From: Blepharisma stoltei ATCC 30299
Lineage: Eukaryota; Protista; Ciliophora
Length of the DNA: 64,000 nucleotides
NCBI GenBank assembly: GCA_965603825.1
Contig: CBFDEM010000010.1
Span: 1 to 64,000 of the forward strand
Direction: 5' to 3'
Translations under genes and position numbers: made by a program
In this document: piece after piece, positions 24,359-35,906 of the stretch
How the letters are laid out: each line of letters begins with the position of its first letter
Numbering within the stretch: the first letter of the stretch is position 1
The notes under the pieces: model-generated
Told to the model about the DNA's origin: nothing
Seen by the model: only the letters and a program-made list of their open reading frames with translations
The model's database searches: none

Positions 24359-25336
24359 ATGAAGAAATGGGCCGAAGAACTTGTAGACGCATTCCAGAGC
24401 TGCGACAAAACTAAAATCCGCGAAATTTTCAACTGTGGTTTTCCACACAGTGCAGTTTTACATGTAAAAAATTCAGAAGGAGAAATTTTGATTAGCAGAA
24501 CCTATCCTATTCATTTCGCTGCAGAGTACGGATATCTTGACATTTTGCAAGAACTTGTAACCGCAGGCGCAGATATAAACGCAATTGATTCTTACCAGAG
24601 AACTCCTGTAATGGTTAGCTGCGGCATGGGGCATCTAGACATAGTGCGTTATTTAGTAGAAGAAGCTGATGCAAATGTGGTAGGTTTTGACTACAACGGA
24701 AACACAGTCCTCCACATTGCCTCCTTAGCAGGCCAATATCATATTTTACGCTACTTAGTCGAAGATTTACAGATTCCTATAAACCTGCCTAATAAATCCA
24801 AACAAACTGCTTTATCTCTCTGCCAAAAAACTCAAGAAAAAACAACTGGGGAATTATCATGAAAATTAGAAAGAGTAATTGGCTATCTTGCTTCTCATCA
24901 AAATAAGCATACCCCTGCTTTCTTTACGCCCTTAAGGCCTAAACAACATGAGCCAGTTCGACATAGCTGCCATTCAAATTGTATCAGCCGATATAATCAA
25001 ACTTTATGAGCTGACTCTGTAGGGATCGAAGTCCAGTCATTCCATTCTCCGAAACTGGACCGATTTGCTTTTAGTAAATTTGCACATAATAATTTGAATT
25101 CAAGCAGAAAATTTTCATCAGATATTCCATCAGTTGATAGAATGATCAGAAACAAGTGTAATTTAATATATGATAAATATATGAGCAGCCACCAACTTAT
25201 GGTAAGTGTGAAAGAAAAATCATCAAATCAAAGCTTAATGCCACTGTATAGAAAGTCGTCAGCGCCTTCTTTTAGCGGATTGTCGACATCGAAGTCAAAT
25301 AAAACAGATTTTCTGTGAAGGACTAATATAGATTAA
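24359..25336 (+). CDS. Ankyrin-repeat protein, ~325 aa (end is 25318 if the last TGA terminates)
   Basis: YPIHFAAEYG, TPVMVSCGMGH, TVLHIASLAGQ; frame continues through 3 TGA to TAA at 25334-25336. Confidence 0.82.
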
Positions 25337-26174
25337 TTATAAAAATAAAAAAAAGTGAGCTGGTTTGTAGATAACTACTGTAACTTTCTTGCTTTTTATC
25401 TTCTCCGGTATAAAAGAAAACAAATCTTCCATTTCTATCATTTGCAAGCCTGTTGTTTCCATTGCCATTTGCAAATGATTTATTTTTAGACCATTTACTT
25501 TCAAAAAAATCCAGATCTTTTTGGCTTATTGGCTGAGGCTTTGACCAAACTATCCATCTGACCCCTTCAGTGCATGGAGGGATATTATTTGAGCCTACAT
25601 AAAGGTAAAAATTGTCTATAACCTGTATATCCCCAAAAGCATCCATTAGGTCTATACTTGCAGGCTGATCAACTGATTTAAGGACTTGGGAGAAAAATGG
25701 GGTATTTCCTTTAATTGAGGTATCTAAAGAGTATAATATTGAGAATTTATAAGGGGTAAGAGAATCATCATAATGTAAAATCTGCATTTCTAAGTCATAA
25801 GTTTGGTCGTTTAGGGTATGCTCAGCTGGAGAGTGAAATTCAATCTGCACTGCTTTGGCGAGACTAGCGTCATTCGTTGAGTTTGTGCTAATACCGTAGC
25901 CCCATGATCCTTTTAATATGTAAGAGTAACTGTTGAAATAGCCTTGTATGCTTAGTTTTACATAGCTGAGATAAATTTGAATTGAGAGATCAGATCTGAA
26001 AGGAATTGAAATCGCGATTTCTTTGCTAAGATCTATAGGAGATTGAAAGAATCCTGTTTGGCAGGTGCCTGGCCAGTCGTTTCCATTATAATAGTAGTCA
26101 AAATATTGAGTTTGAGCTATAACATATGAGATGCAAAAAAGAGTTGATAATTTTAGAATTGATGCCATTTTCAA
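25323..26174 (-). CDS. Alpha-carbonic-anhydrase-like protein, secreted and probably GPI-anchored, likely inactive, 283 aa
   Basis: QSPIDL, FHSPAEHT, YVGSNNIPPCTEGVRWIV, NNR; signal peptide and hydrophobic C-terminus. Confidence 0.88.
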   Translation of the reverse strand: MKMASILKLSTLFCISYVIAQTQYFDYYYNGNDWPGTCQTGFFQSPIDLSKEIAISIPFRSDLSIQIYLSYVKLSIQGYFNSYSYILKGSWGYGISTNSTNDASLAKAVQIEFHSPAEHTLNDQTYDLEMQILHYDDSLTPYKFSILYSLDTSIKGNTPFFSQVLKSVDQPASIDLMDAFGDIQVIDNFYLYVGSNNIPPCTEGVRWIVWSKPQPISQKDLDFFESKWSKNKSFANGNGNNRLANDRNGRFVFFYTGEDKKQESYSSYLQTSSLFFIFIINLY

Positions 26175-26258
26175 TTAAATTATGAGAATTATTTATTTAA
26201 TTTATAATTGAGAACAAAAAACAATTTAATTAATTCTAAACAATTTTTATTTAAAATA

Positions 26259-27074
26259 TTAAGAAGCTATTAAATTTTCTAACAAATAATCACTCAGCAT
26301 CTTTGGTGCATTTGCAACCATTTCTTTATGAGGTATCAGTGATATAGAAGGTATAGTCCCATCTTTTCTTACTTTAAAAAGCACCGCATAATAAACGTCC
26401 CCTGACAGCTTCCTGCACCCCAAAATTTTTGCAGGCTCAGAATTGCTAAAGTCGCCTTTATCATTTTCTATCTCAAACTTATATGTGAATTCTTTGGCTT
26501 TTTGGATATTTTCGTCAGGATTTTTATTTTCATCTCCTTCATTTTTTGACATGTTTAATTCTTCTTCAAAGTCTACTTTTTCTTCTTCAGGATTTTTCTG
26601 AGTTTCTTCTTGGCTGGAGTTTTCATTTTCCATGCCTGATTTTTCGTTTTGAAATGGGGATTTTGAGCCTTCACTTTTTTCAGGAGAATCTGGTGGAGAA
26701 TTGTTAACAAGCTCTTTTAGGTCTTTAGGGGGATCAGCTTTTTTTCGCTTTCTAGGCTCTCCTTCATCAAGAGTAGTTTGAATTTTCCCTGGAGTTTCAG
26801 CTTTGCGCTTTTCTTGACGCCGTTGTCGTTGCTTTGCGAGTCTTTCAAGCTTTTTCTTTTGTTGCTCTTTAAGTTTTTCTTCCTTTTTTTCCCATTCCGC
26901 ATTAAATCGGTCTAGAAGTCCAGGCACAGATCTTAAGTTTTCTTCAGGCTCCCAGGTGTTTTCTTCAGAGGAGAAGCCTTCCCATTTGATTTGGTAGGTT
27001 CAGCAGTTGAGGCTTGTGGAAAATTTTTTCTCAACAATTGATTCAATTATGTAAAGGGTTTCTTGGTCCCCCAT
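26259..27074 (-). CDS. HP1-like chromodomain + chromoshadow-like protein, 271 aa
   Basis: ATG at 27074, one TGA=Trp; LYIIESIV..YQIKWEGFSSEENTWEPEENL; charged hinge; C-terminal PAKILGC..APKMLSDYL. Confidence 0.87.
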
Positions 27075-27219
27075 TTAAGTTAATTTATAACTATGGCTTA
27101 GTTATTTAAAAAATTCTAAAATCTAATTAATAAGCACTATAATGCAAGCTACCCATAATTAATTTAATTAATATTTAACTTTAAAATCAGATTAGATTAA
27201 GTCATATCGAGATATTTAG

Positions 27220-28527
27220 TTATTTAACAATTTTTCCACTATCCCACTCAGCTTTTGACGATTTTCCATTGTCATTAGTAGAGTATCCTGGTCCATGCTT
27301 TTTCCCATCTCTCCATTCTCCAGCATACTTTTTCCCATCAGCCCAAGTAAACACCCCAAATCCATTTTTCTTTCCATTTTCCCATTCCCCAATATATTCA
27401 CGTCCATCAGTCCACGAGTATTTTCCTAACCCATGGAATACATTATTTTTCCACTCCCCAGCATATTTGGTCCCATCAATCCACGTATATTCCCCAACCC
27501 CTTCCTTTAAGTTATCTTTATATCCTCCTGTATATACAGTTCCATCAACCCATAGGTTTCTTCCTATCCCATTTTGTTTATCATTTATCCATTGCCCAGC
27601 ATATGTGTCTCCATTATCCCATATACACCTACCTCTCCCTTCCCTCACATTTCCCTTAAGCTCTCCAAAATACTTTAAATTCCCTGGATACGTCTTTTCT
27701 TTAAACTTCCTGCTGAATTTGTCATCAAATAATGTTTCAACAAACTCCTTATGCTCTTGCAAATTTTCTAATAATTTTTGGTAATTTTTTTCGATATTTT
27801 TAAGCTTTATTAAGTGGGCATCGGAGTATCTTGGGCCGCTTTTGGCTTCTTTACACTTTTTGTATAGTCAGACTAATTATTTCTTACGATAACCATCAGG
27901 TGAAGAATTGTTTTTTGATCTGGCATGGGCGTAAGGACTTATCCACTCGCCTTCATAGATGTCTTCACCTTTATATATGAATGTTCCGGCTCCAAATGGG
28001 TACCCATAGCTTCATTCTCCTTCATATTTTGATCCATCGACCCAGTTCATGATGCCATACCCATCTCTAAATCCACCTACCCAGTCACCTTTATAAGTGG
28101 CTCCGTTATCATATGTGTAAGGCTTTTTCTTTTTCCTCTTTAATATTCCAGCTGCTGGAGAAACAGTTTCTTTGTTGTACTCATAAGAAAAGTAGTCATG
28201 ATTAGATTTCCTGTAGCTTCTGAATTGCAGATATTGATTGACATTATAATAGATTCTCCAGGCATTTTGAATTTTTCGGGCTAAGTTCTCATGCTCTTGC
28301 TTTAAATTTATATCAAAGCTTTCGTCTTTGGATTCAGGGATCGTTGATTCTGATTGCTGATTGATTTGGTGTGCTTGTTGAGGCTTTATTTCTGACTTAT
28401 TAAATAGCTGTTGAGTTTCTATGCTTTTTTTCGGGAGAGCAAATGATTGGACAATTGAACGCTTTAGGTCAAGTTCTGTGCTCCTTTCTGTGTTTTGGCA
28501 AAATTGTGAGCAGTTTAAGTTTCCCAT
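27220..28527 (-). CDS. MORN-repeat protein with IQ motif and N-terminal MGNxxC; one intron
   Basis: YxGxWxxGxxxGxG repeats, KIQNAWR; track ORFs join via TGA and the 15-nt intron 27873-27887. Confidence 0.88.
27873..27887 (-). other. 15-nt intron GTAAGAAATAATTAG
   Basis: Removal deletes an in-frame TAA and gives DGYLWLY. Confidence 0.85.
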
Positions 28528-28974
28528 TCAAAATATAAATTATAAAGAAATTCTAGATTAACCTATCAGAAATATTTTGTTTAAATTTAGTCTAATACTG
28601 AGTTTTATTTGACCTAGAGAAAAAATATCAAATTAAGCATTAACAGATGCTGATGTTTTTAAATTTATTACAAATAAATGATTTAACAGCTCTATTAAAT
28701 AGAAAAATATTTAAAAGTGGCAATGAGTAAAATATCAGTTGAAAGAAATTATGAGTAAAATGAGATGATGATAAGATTTAATTTCAAATTTAAACAAGAG
28801 GAAAGCCTGCTTTATTATATAGTAAATTAATTAAATATACTACTTATTTTATAAACTCCGATTCTAATTTTAAAAACAATCTCAAGTATTCCATACTTAA
28901 TTCAAAGTTTTTAATTTAGCTTATAGTAAGGTCAAGCATGAGCTATTAAATTTACGTTTTTGCTTTCTATTATA

Positions 28975-30711
28975 ATGGCGAAAAAGATTATCATTGCCGT
29001 AGTTATAGGTTTTGCCTCTATCAAACTATTTTCTTTTATCCGTCGAAAATCAATTGCATATCGCCACCACAAAAGAGCCCAACAAAAGCGATCTGAAAGA
29101 GACTCCAAAACAATCACTCTCCCTGAAGTCGAAAAATCCAAGCAAGATTATATTCTTTCTCTTCACGCTTATGAGCTTGCAGATGCTATAAAATCCGGCA
29201 AAGTCACAGCAGTAGAAGCGACATCCACTTATATTTACAGAGCTTACACCCTAGGCCGAAAATTTGGACTCACAACTGAAGAGCCCTATGAAGCGGCCTT
29301 AGAGCTTGCTTATCAGCGTGACCAGCAGCTAAAAGAAAGCCCAGAGACATGTGGAATTCTCCATGGGGTTCCTATCAGTCTCAAAGATATTTTTTCTCAA
29401 AAAGGATGCTGCAGTACCGCTGGACTTGCATGCAAACTTAGCAAAATGGACACTGAAGACTGCTATTTATTAGAAATATTAAAAGAAGAAGGAGCTATTC
29501 CTTTTGCAAGATCTAATATTCCTCAAGCTTTAATGTGGATGGAAACTGATAATGATATTTATGGGAGAGCTGATAACCCATGAAATCCTGAATTTTCTAC
29601 TGGAGGAAGCTCTGGAGGAGAAGGTGGGCTGCTGGCTTGTAGAGCGTCTCCACTTGGAATTGGAAGCGATATTGGCGGCTCTATTAGGATCCCTTCATCA
29701 TTTTGCGGGGTTTATGGCTTTAAAACGACAGCTGGCCGAGTTTCTACTAAAAATGTCATGGTATCTCACCCTTCTGGCGTAAACCCTTTCGCGTTTGTAG
29801 TAAAAAGTGTTTCAGGTCCTATGGCAAGATGTGTAAAAGATATGGAACTTGTGCTAAAAGCTTGGTGGCAAGAAAAATATTTCGCAAAAGATTTTGCTTT
29901 GTGCCCATTGGCATTTAACGAAGAAATGTATACAAATGCATATAAAAGCAAGAGCTTGAGAATTGGGTATTTCTTTGACTTAGACAACTTTGAATGTTGC
30001 CCAGCGATAAGAAGAGGGGTTAGAGAATGCAGGGATGCTCTTAAGAAATTGGGACATACCTTGGTAGAATTTCATTTTCCTAATTCAAAAAAAGCTCTAA
30101 ATCTTTATATGAGAAATGTTTCTGCATGCAGCAATCGGGTTCTATTAGATGCTATGCAAGGAGAAGAGCCGGCAAAGTTTTATAAGCCAGGGTTCTTCTT
30201 AGTAGAACACCCATGGATCAAGAAAATTATTATGCAAATTTTGCAGATGACTAATAACCAAAGACTCTACGATTTATTGAATATAAGCCAAAATCTCACA
30301 CCTGCTGAATATATCGAACTTTTTAGAGAAATCAACGACTATGTTCAAGAATTTACAAATTATTGGCAATCTCTACAGCTAGACGTAGTAATCAGTCCTG
30401 CTTATGGAACAGTGGCTACTCCTCATGCTGAAGGCTTTAAAGTTGCATCTTCTTTGATATACAGCACTGTTTGGAATATATTAGGATATCCTGCAGGAGT
30501 AATACCAGTTGGAATTGTAAAGGAAAATGAAACTGAGTACATAAGCAAGGTCAATGATTTAATCACAAAAAATGCTAAAGCAATCACAAAGAATTCGTCT
30601 GGATTACCTATTGGTGTACATGTGGCAAGTTTGCCTTATAGAGATGAAGTAGCTCTTGGCGTTATGAAGCAAATTGAAGATGAGATTAATTTCCATCAAT
30701 TTGCATTTTAA
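28975..30711 (+). CDS. Amidase-signature enzyme, FAAH-like, with N-terminal membrane anchor, 578 aa
   Basis: LHGVPISLKD, NPW(TGA 29581), GGSSGGEG, GSDIGGSIRIP, GLPIGV. Confidence 0.93.
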
Positions 30712-30755
30712 ATAATTAGAAGCAATAACTATAAATTTTTGCATGCAATTTGTAA

Positions 30756-31013
30756 ATGGAAGAAAGAAAAGAAGCTTGTGAAGCGTGCGAAGCCAAACAA
30801 GAGCATATTCAGGCACTGCAGGATGCATTAGGAGAAATTGTGGACCAGAATGAAGCTTTTAGGCTGAGAGTTGTGGAATTGGAAGCATGGGTAAATAAAG
30901 CAAATGATAAATTGGAAAATAGAGAAAAGCGGGTTGATTCGTTGAGAGAGGAAATTAAGCAAGCAATAGAAAAAAAGGAAGAAGGGAATAAAAGTGAAAA
31001 TCGTGAATTTTAA
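30756..31013 (+). CDS. Small coiled-coil protein, 85 aa
   Basis: ORF with heptad E/K/L pattern and coding-like composition between AT-rich spacers. Confidence 0.6.
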   Translation: MEERKEACEACEAKQEHIQALQDALGEIVDQNEAFRLRVVELEAWVNKANDKLENREKRVDSLREEIKQAIEKKEEGNKSENREF

Positions 31014-31214
31014 ACCGGATAATTAATTTGTGAAATTAGATAGTTTAATTTTTGGTATTCCTAACAAATCGAACTGCTTTATTATTTCTTAGCTATTAGG
31101 AAGCCAATAATTGTGCATAGAGTAAGGATATTTTTCAATATTTTAAAATAGTTAAAACAATAATTATAAAATTATGAAAATTTCTCTTTATTTCAAGCCC
31201 CATAAAGTTCAATA

Positions 31215-31838
31215 ATGACAACAAGTTATTATGATCCAGGAGATGTTATCGAATACTGCTTACTTACAAACTGATATAAACCGCGGCCAGATCACCTCCA
31301 ATTTGACTCAAAAAATCTCAAAGATTGCATGATTTATCTCAAAACATCCAAATTCAGAAAATACCTTCCATTTCTAATCAACGATTTATACATAAAAGAT
31401 CCAACAATATTATCCCAGCTTTCTATTTCCAGGAACCTCTTTAACCTCTTAAACGAGCCTAGTAACCGCCCTCTAGACGATGAGGATACCATTTGTTTTC
31501 TCTGCGGAAATAAAGAATATGCAAAGCTTATTATACATTTGAGGATTTATCATAAATTAAGCAAAGAGATGGTTAAGGATTATTTTGCAATGTATGAGAA
31601 TGAGTATAAAGCGATTGGCTCAAAAATTGATTATTATGAAGACAAAAGCACTGTAATATGTGATTTATGTAAGAAACCGTATTGCAGTCTTTATTATAGA
31701 AAACATATTTTCGTGCATTTTAATCTCAGATTTATACCTTGTCCGATTTGTGGAAAATTAAGATCGAAACAGAATTTGAAGGGGCATATTTATAGAGCAC
31801 ATGAGAGGCCCGGGGGATTGTTAAGAGATGATAAATAG
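31215..31838 (+). CDS. C2H2 zinc-finger protein, 207 aa
   Basis: CxxC..HxxxxH, CDLC..HIFVH, CPIC..HIYRAH; start extended to ATG 31215 through one TGA. Confidence 0.8.
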
Positions 31839-31990
31839 ATATAATTTATTCAATAGAAATTATAATTAATTATATTATTGCTCTAATTTCAATATCTAAT
31901 GAAAGTATAAATTATTAGGTATAAGAATTTTTTATAAATATTAATTCGCTTAAACTGATATATTATTTTCAAAATCATTTTTAAATTCTC

Positions 31991-34900
31991 CTAAATTTTG
32001 CTACGGTCACTTATGCTCGACATTGATCATCTATTTTGATTTGAATTATTTGTTGGCGAGGCAGCCGGCAATTTATTTACGTTTAAGTATTGTAACTCAT
32101 AAGGTATAATCGTTTTCCCATCCTTACTATAAGCTTGGCTCGATATTTCACTGTCACTCAAGGTGTAATTTGTTTTAAAATTAAGTTCCATTTTTTTAAC
32201 AGCGTCAATGAGTTTTTTTGTTTTCTGTTGATTTTTCGACCTCTCTACAGCTGCTTTAGTACCTTTTTCTATTTTTTGCATGAAAAACCCTCCCATATCA
32301 ATTATTCCGCTAACAGAGCCTATTAAAGCACTTATAAACAGCAGAAACGTAGTGTTTATGCTTCTCACAGTTAGGAAGCCAATTGTATTGACATCTAAAT
32401 TAATAACAATTTTTAATGACCTTGTCAATATCATTTTATAAACTGTCGAGCTATCTCCTGGCGTATAATTTTCGCTAACTGAAACCATAAATCCTGTCTG
32501 GTTTGTCGGCCAAGAGCTTGATTGAGAAATAAAAAGCTAAATATCAATTACAGATGGCGTCATATCAAAATGAACATATGACGGATTATTTCCTATGAAA
32601 ACTTCATCTTTTGGAGGAGATACATAAAGATTTAGAGAACTTTTTTCTCCGGGTATAGAAGAATCAGCCGAAACGTTTGCAGAAAAATAGCTGCAGTAAC
32701 TAGTTGTTTCTGACAGCAATAAATAAAGGTAAGCTCCTGTATCAAGTGAGCATGATTTGCAAGTAATCTCCACAAAGCAGTTTTTGTTCTGCTTAATACA
32801 ATTAATTTTGCTAAAATCCCCTTGAATATTTTCAAAGCTTAAAATTATGTTTTCATTGCAAGAATCATTTTCAACGCATGTTCCTCCGTAATTATAAATC
32901 CCAATTACAATAAACAAATCACCTTTAATTCTTCCAGCTTGTTTTATTAAATTTTCAATTGGAATTAAGGATTTTGATTCTGCGATGTTGTTCCAACGAT
33001 ACTGCACAAAGGAGATGGAAACGAGATAAGCAGCAATTATAAGGGAAATTATGGAAAAAACTCCTCCAATACTTGTTTTTCTTGATCACATAGGCTGATC
33101 GTCTTCATTGTGCTTGTCGTCGTATAAATCTCATCGGATAATTGATTGTCTGAATTGTTTTTTTAGGGCTATTGCTAAAAGGAAAGTACTCAATATGATT
33201 GCAAAAAAAATGCCACTATAGGTTGTGTACTCTTGAATTAAATCATATTTCGGGTCAAAATCATCAGGCTGGCTTGATGATTTTGAAGAATAAAAAACTG
33301 CATCAGTCGGCTCTGTGCTGCCTACATTGCATGTTTTATCCCCAGGGCATTTTTTGCACATCCCAGTTCCATTTGTGTTTGAGTATGTTCCATAAGGGCA
33401 AGGAAGGCAAAAAATGCTTGAAGCAGATCCAGTATAAGAATTTTGAGTCCCAAATGGGCACTCTAAACATTCAGTTGAATTTATATTTTCATTATATGTA
33501 CCTGGTGAACATCATATACATTCAGATTCAAAAAAATATGTTCCTTTGCTGCAAGGACTATCTATAGTGCTGTTAATTCCAACTTTATACAAAGACGCAG
33601 AAGGTAGCAAATTGATAATATTTGTCTTAGAAACGCCTCCTCCAAATATATATAAATCATTTTTAACATATACAGTTTGGTGTCCAAAAATATTGAAGTC
33701 TAATATATAATAACTATCAATTGTGTAAGTTTCCAAATTCAAAAAAATCACAGATCCAGTTGAATAGGTCCCTTGAAGCTCTCCTCCTAAAATTATCAAA
33801 TGCTTAGAAAATAGCACGATTGAAGACTCACTTACTGACCCTGAAATAAAATTCAAATTTTTTACTAATTCTCATTGATTAGTCCTTAAGCTGTATTTAT
33901 AAGCATTTTGATTGAGCTGATATTCATCAGTTTCTCCCATAATTGCATAAAATTCGATATCGTTATTTTTTACCATTGTATAGCACTTATGTCAAACTAA
34001 TGGAGGAACTTCGATTCCTGTTGATGATATTGATGTTCATAATAAAACTGTTGTATCGTATATTCAAAAATCATTGGTTATCCCTGAATCAGTTAAACCT
34101 CCGAATAAGAAGATATAAGGAGGTGTAAAAGCCATGCAGGCACCTTTTGTGGGTGAGGGGACTGTGTCAGAATTTTTAACTGCTTCTTCTCATGTCCCTG
34201 AAGCTATAGAATAGATATAAAAATCGTTAAGCAGTCCAGTGATGCTTTCGCCGCCAAAAATTATCATTCCATATCCGATCCCAACACTTGCATGCCCGGA
34301 TCTTGCAGATGGTGAATTATCAATTCTCTGCAGTTCCCACTTCTCATTTTCTATATCAAATAGTCATAAGTCATTATATCTATATATAATTTACAATTCG
34401 TCGTTTACGCCTATTCCGCCTCATACAGCTAAATAATTGTTTACTACATGCATAGAAAACCTTATTCTTGCTGCTGGAGAATTTCAAATAGGAGAAAGCG
34501 TTTTATATTTTGGATGGTTTACAGATAAATCGATGTAAAGGAGGTCGTTCTGAAATGATGAGCCGCTGAATTGGTAGATGGTTGAATTAATCAAAATATT
34601 TGCAGATTCACATGAAATTTCTTTTTTTGTGCCTTTAGAAAACTCAACTTGCTGTCATTCAGACAATGTTGATAGATTTATTTTCCAAATATCTTGAAGG
34701 TTTGCAGCTTTTATGTAATTAAATCCTGGGGTTATATAAAAATAGCCAGAAATCACAGCTGTATGATGCCATGATCTTCCAGTCGGGGAAGAGGAAAAAT
34801 TATATTTAATTCATTTTTGCGAATCTAAATTATATCGGTATAAGTTAGGATCATATCCAACCCCAAAAGCATATCCTCCTCAAACATACAAAGAATTATC

Positions 34901-35522
34901 ATAAAATGACATTCTTGAGCCTGCTGTTGACACAGGAATATCTCCATTATTTGGCATAATAGTGCAATTCAGAGAATTTGCATCAATTCTGATATAAAAT
35001 TTACAAATATAATGAATTTTGGGAATTTTTTTCAGAAACACCTCCAAAAATCCCATAATAAATATTACCATTTCATTCAAAAATATCTGAAGCTGCATCA
35101 AATAAAGGATTTAATTTAGTTCCATTCAAACTTATTTTTTCTCATTCAAAATACTCTAAATTAAAGCTTCAAACATCAGCAATAGATCCGCCTGTGGTTT
35201 TTCCTGCAATTAAAATAAGGCTATTTCTTTGTTTGTTAAAAAGTAGTATAGACCCAACCCTTGGATCAGGTAAAATTGATGATACAGGATTAAGTTGTCT
35301 TCATATATGAGACGACAAATTGAAGCTTCAAAGATCATTTTTGTATAATCTTTTATCGGTTGATCCTCCAAATATAATTATGCGATTTTCTATGTAATCG
35401 TATGTGGAAGCTGCTGAAATTCTGGAATCTGGAGGGGCATCTGTTTCTGGGATTAGAGTTGTGGGTAGAGCAAAAATTTGTTGAAAAGCTACAAGAAATA
35501 AAATACTGTTTAAAGTGCGCAT
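31991..35522 (-). CDS. Kelch-propeller / Cys-rich repeat / 3-TM surface protein, paralog A, ~1161 aa, 3 introns
   Basis: Signal peptide, repeated hhFGG..D.W kelch units, CPxGT(Y/F) repeats, three hydrophobic segments; one frame after removing introns 34989-35004, 34380-34394, 32537-32551 and reading ~19 TGA as Trp. Confidence 0.85.
32537..32551 (-). other. 15-nt intron GTAATTGATATTTAG
   Basis: Removes in-frame TAG; same position as the paralog B intron 36411-36425. Confidence 0.88.
34380..34394 (-). other. 15-nt intron GTAAATTATATATAG
   Basis: Removes in-frame TAA and gives the kelch motif ELYNDLWLFD. Confidence 0.88.
34989..35004 (-). other. 16-nt intron GTAAATTTTATATCAG
   Basis: Restores frame (SLYL|IDANSL); same position in paralog B. 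Confidence 0.88.
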
Positions 35523-35906
35523 TATAATAGCTTTTATTTGTATGAATTATTAATTATACGTTGTAGAATTTTTTGGTAATTTAAAGTAACTAATTTTAAC
35601 TCTAGTTTAAAAAAATATAAGTTTTTGGAAATAGCATCTGGTTTTTTTTTTCATATTTATATATTTATTAAAACAATTAAATGTTTTTTATAATCAATAA
35701 TGATAATTGAAATCTACCTCCGAAGATAGACAGCATTCTTTTTACTGTGAAAATCTTACTTTAGGTGAGAAAATGTTATACTTTGCCAATTTAGGTAAAA
35801 TTGGTACAAAGAGCTAAATGTTTTTAACTCTCAATTAAGTATATTTTTAAGAATTTGCTCAAATTATCTACGATATAAAGGTTATTAATTTGTCGTAATT
35901 ATTCTT

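Noticed and set aside
27269-27784. Long antisense ORFs (also 39730-40203, 10417-10740, 16823-17197, 54942-55274, 57426-57776 and others)
   Set aside because: Shadows of real repetitive or biased coding sequence on the opposite strand.
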